Assembly: GCF_001194135.2 (NCBI RefSeq)
Contig: NC_068999.1
Coordinates: 27,670,177 to 27,705,248 of the forward strand
Direction of reading: 5' to 3'
Source: Octopus bimaculoides
Lineage: Eukaryota
DNA length: 35,072 nucleotides
The stretch's first letter is position 1. Every line of letters begins with the position of its first letter. The translations under genes and the position numbers were made by a program. The notes beneath the pieces were generated by a model. That model was not told the origin of the DNA. It saw only the letters and a list, made by a program, of their open reading frames with translations, and did not search any database. Shown here piece by piece: positions 32,698-35,072 of this stretch.

Positions 32698-33064
32698 TTC
32701 ACAAAGTACATACTGTATTTAAAACCCCAGCAAAGTCACAGTCCATTGAGTGAAACTAGTAAAAGTATGAAAGAAAGTTGTTCATTAAAAGAAAGATCTT
32801 TCCCTTTTCTAAAGTTCCATTTTTAGTAATTGTTCAAACATATTGTGTACCTAATCACTGAGTATTGCAGATGTACTTGAGGTCATCGCAAAGTGGTTAT
32901 AGACTATTTAGATATTACTTATTATTTGATAAAAAGAATAGCTGGATGAATTTTATTAACAAGAATAGACTTTAACATGTGATTATAACATCAACCTAAG
33001 TAAAATTGTGGCTGTCCATACATACTGGTATGTCCTCTACATCCCCCTCTCAGTTGAGAGGTCC

Positions 33065-33245
33065 TAGTCTTGTGGGTGCTGGTGCAATTTAAAAGCGCTC
33101 ATGCTGGTACCTTGTAAAAGCACCTATGCCAGTTACATGTAAAAGTGCCTGTGCTGGAGCCAACCACCCATGCTGGTGTCACATAAAAGTCCCTATGCCT
33201 GTACCACATAAAGATGCTTGTGCTAGTTTCTCGTTAAAAGCACTC
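33065..33245 (+). repeat. Degenerate tandem array of ~21-22 nt units (gctggtgccacgtaaaagcac-like)
   Basis: Recurrent ...gctgg/gcc...taaaag(c/t)... units; a similar cacgtaaaagca motif occurs in the RTE 3'UTR (~9978-10100, minus strand). Confidence 0.6.
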
Positions 33246-33258
33246 AGTATATTGTGTG

Positions 33259-33473
33259 AATACGAAAACTAAAAGAAGCAGCACATATGTTAAGACACAA
33301 CAACCTCCTAAGCAGACCGAGTGCAGATATGAGTAGCATATGGGAACTGGTATTAAGGAAGGACAGGGAAATGTTAGATTTATAAGACCTAAAATTCACT
33401 ACATATGGTGTAGTGGTTAAGAGCGCAGGCTACTAACCCCAAGATTCCGAGTTCAGTTCCAGGCAGTGACCAG

Positions 33474-33504
<31 letters not shown>

Positions 33505-33644
33505 TTGAAAAATACCTTAGGAATGGGAACCTAGGTTCAAAATTTCCCCAAGACACCTGATGAAGGCTGGAGGGTATATCAGCTGAAACATTATGTTAAC
33601 AACAAACAAGATGAGGACAAATTCCATCAAATGTAAATAATGTA
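33259..33644 (+). mobile_element. Second, short 5'-truncated copy of the Poseidon-type PLE (end of GIY-YIG ORF plus 3' repeat)
   Basis: Colinear with 23993-24382: IRKLKEAAHMLRHNNLLSRPSADMSSIWELVLRKDREMLDL*, tRNA-like module (A box 33406-33416, B box ~33450-33460), (AAT)n ~33474-33500, hammerhead. Confidence 0.92.
33552..33597 (+). ncRNA. Minimal type-I hammerhead motif of the PLE (decayed copy)
   Basis: GACAC CUGAUGA A GGCUG-GAGGGUAUAU-CAGCU GAAA CA UU AUGUU. The core is intact; the deviations from consensus are C>T or G>A transitions, two at CpG sites. Confidence 0.8.
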
Positions 33645-33752
33645 AATAAATATGCTTTATCCTTAATTTTTATCTCCTAAACCTTTTGAACGAATTATAA
33701 AATGCATCAAGTATATTTATTATTTATGAGAAGAATAAATTTCTTTTTGCAG

Positions 33753-34004
33753 CTACCTTCATTGTCATGCCCTCAGAGTGTACAAGAGAAGAAATGGCTG
33801 TTCAAGTTGTAAAGATGAAAGATATATATGAAGAGACAATTGTTTCTCATTTTAAAAAAGATGGAAGATCACATTATTCCCAGTGTGACAGTGTACTCAC
33901 AATAATAGGGATTGATAGTTACCAGTTTGATCTTAGAATTGAATCACTTGACCTGCAACAACCTGAAGATGGTATCTGCATTGATTCCTTGAAAATTTTC
34001 AATG
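33753..34004 (+). CDS. Host coding exon (phase 1-1) encoding part of a CUB-like extracellular domain
   Basis: ttctttttgcAG acceptor and G|GTAAGT donor, 252 nt, open. (A)TFIVMPSECTREE...YSQCDSVLTIIGIDSYQFDLRIESLDLQQPEDGICIDSLKIFN(G) fits the CUB pattern C..I...L.F..+DL...C.D.L.I+.G. Confidence 0.7.
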
Positions 34005-34539
34005 GTAAGTTATGATTTTTTTCCTCTATTCGTTTCTGAATTTGCAGAAGAGAGAAAGAAAGAGAAAGGGAGAAAGGAAGTGACAGAGAAAGAAAGTGAG
34101 AGAAAGAGAGAGAATCTCTTTGAAGTAGTATGGCAGAGAGACAGACAAGCAAAGAATATAGAGGGGGAGAGAGAATAGAAGATACACAGAAAGAAAATCA
34201 TAGGGAGATGGTGTCTGGTTTTAGTTTCACTTTGTGGGACAAACAGACAGAACCTCTTTTTTTTATATAGATAGAAGATAGATATAAGCATATAAGGTTA
34301 ATACTGTGTATATGCATATATGGACATTTATTGACAAATTTCATGTCCTTCTTACCCCTCTCTTTACTGGTCCTTAATCTGGATGGTATATGTCAGTGAT
34401 GAAATTGTACTTCATTGAATTGAATACAGGATGTACCAAGGTTCTACACTACCTAGCAAAAGTTTGCACAGATCTTCTTTTCAAACATGGACAAAAGCCC
34501 CACAAGAACTATCTTCTCTTTGTCCCTCCCAAGTACACA

Positions 34540-35001
34540 ATTTTAGGGCTGCAAACATCTACGTTGGCTCAATGAAGGGGAAATTTGGTGAGATTATCAA
34601 AATGATGGAGCGTCACCATGTTGATGTGTGTGGTGCACAAGAAGTGAAATGGAAAGGAGCCTCTGCTAGTTTCTTCATGGATAAGAAACAGAGGTTCAAA
34701 TTTTTCTGGATAAGCAGGAGAGATGGAGTGTGTGGTGTGGGCATACACTTAACAGAAAACTGGGTAGATAAGATAATTGAGGTAGTCAGACTATGTGATA
34801 GGGTTATTAAGTCGAGACTTATAAATAGATTAACAATTACAATTATCTCTGTCTATGCTTCACAGGTTGGGCTAGCTGATGATCAGAAGGACCAATTCTA
34901 GGAGGTCCTTTTGCAGACTGCCCCAATGACAAATAACAGAGACTTCGTTATTGTGGCTGGCGACTTTACTGGATATGTTGGGCAGCATTCCCATGGATTC
35001 C

Positions 35002-35003
<2 letters not shown>
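34540..35003 (+). mobile_element. RTE-clade LINE 5' fragment (APE endonuclease)
   Basis: ANIYVGSMKGK...VDVCGAQEVKWKG...GVGI...IISVYASQVG...VIVAGDFTGYVG; runs into a (TA)n tract at the window end. Confidence 0.85.
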
Positions 35004-35046
<43 letters not shown>

Positions 35047-35072
35047 CATGCATATATGTGTGTGTATATATA

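Noticed and set aside
33065-33245. CRISPR-like or other prokaryotic array
   Set aside because: Degenerate contiguous tandem units without unique spacers, in a eukaryotic context with no cas genes.

Overview
AT-rich animal (not prokaryotic) genomic DNA with three assembly gaps, made almost entirely of layered, mostly decayed transposable elements. From recall, the SINE and RTE tail families look like cephalopod (Octopus-type) repeats; this is an inference, not a database result. Recognisable elements: the 3' end of an R4/Dong site-specific LINE; a hAT transposase split by an internally deleted Gypsy element; a second, related truncated Gypsy; a full-length decayed Mag-clade Gypsy with both LTRs, a tRNA-Ser PBS and a TSD; four RTE fragments; a CR1-type endonuclease fragment; a Chapaev3-like DNA transposon 5' end; tRNA-derived SINEs; and two lineages of Penelope-like elements (PLEs). 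The only convincing host sequence is one CUB-like coding exon at 33753-34004. The most interesting signal is RNA-level. The window holds minimal type-I hammerhead ribozyme motifs of three, possibly four, unrelated sequence families. One PLE carries, directly after its GIY-YIG stop codon, a tRNA-like Pol III A/B-box module, then an (AAT)n array, then a hammerhead. This cassette occurs in two clear copies plus a rearranged partial third copy, whose (AAT)n array appears to have received the Dong LINE. All alignments were done by eye; no identities or folding energies were computed.
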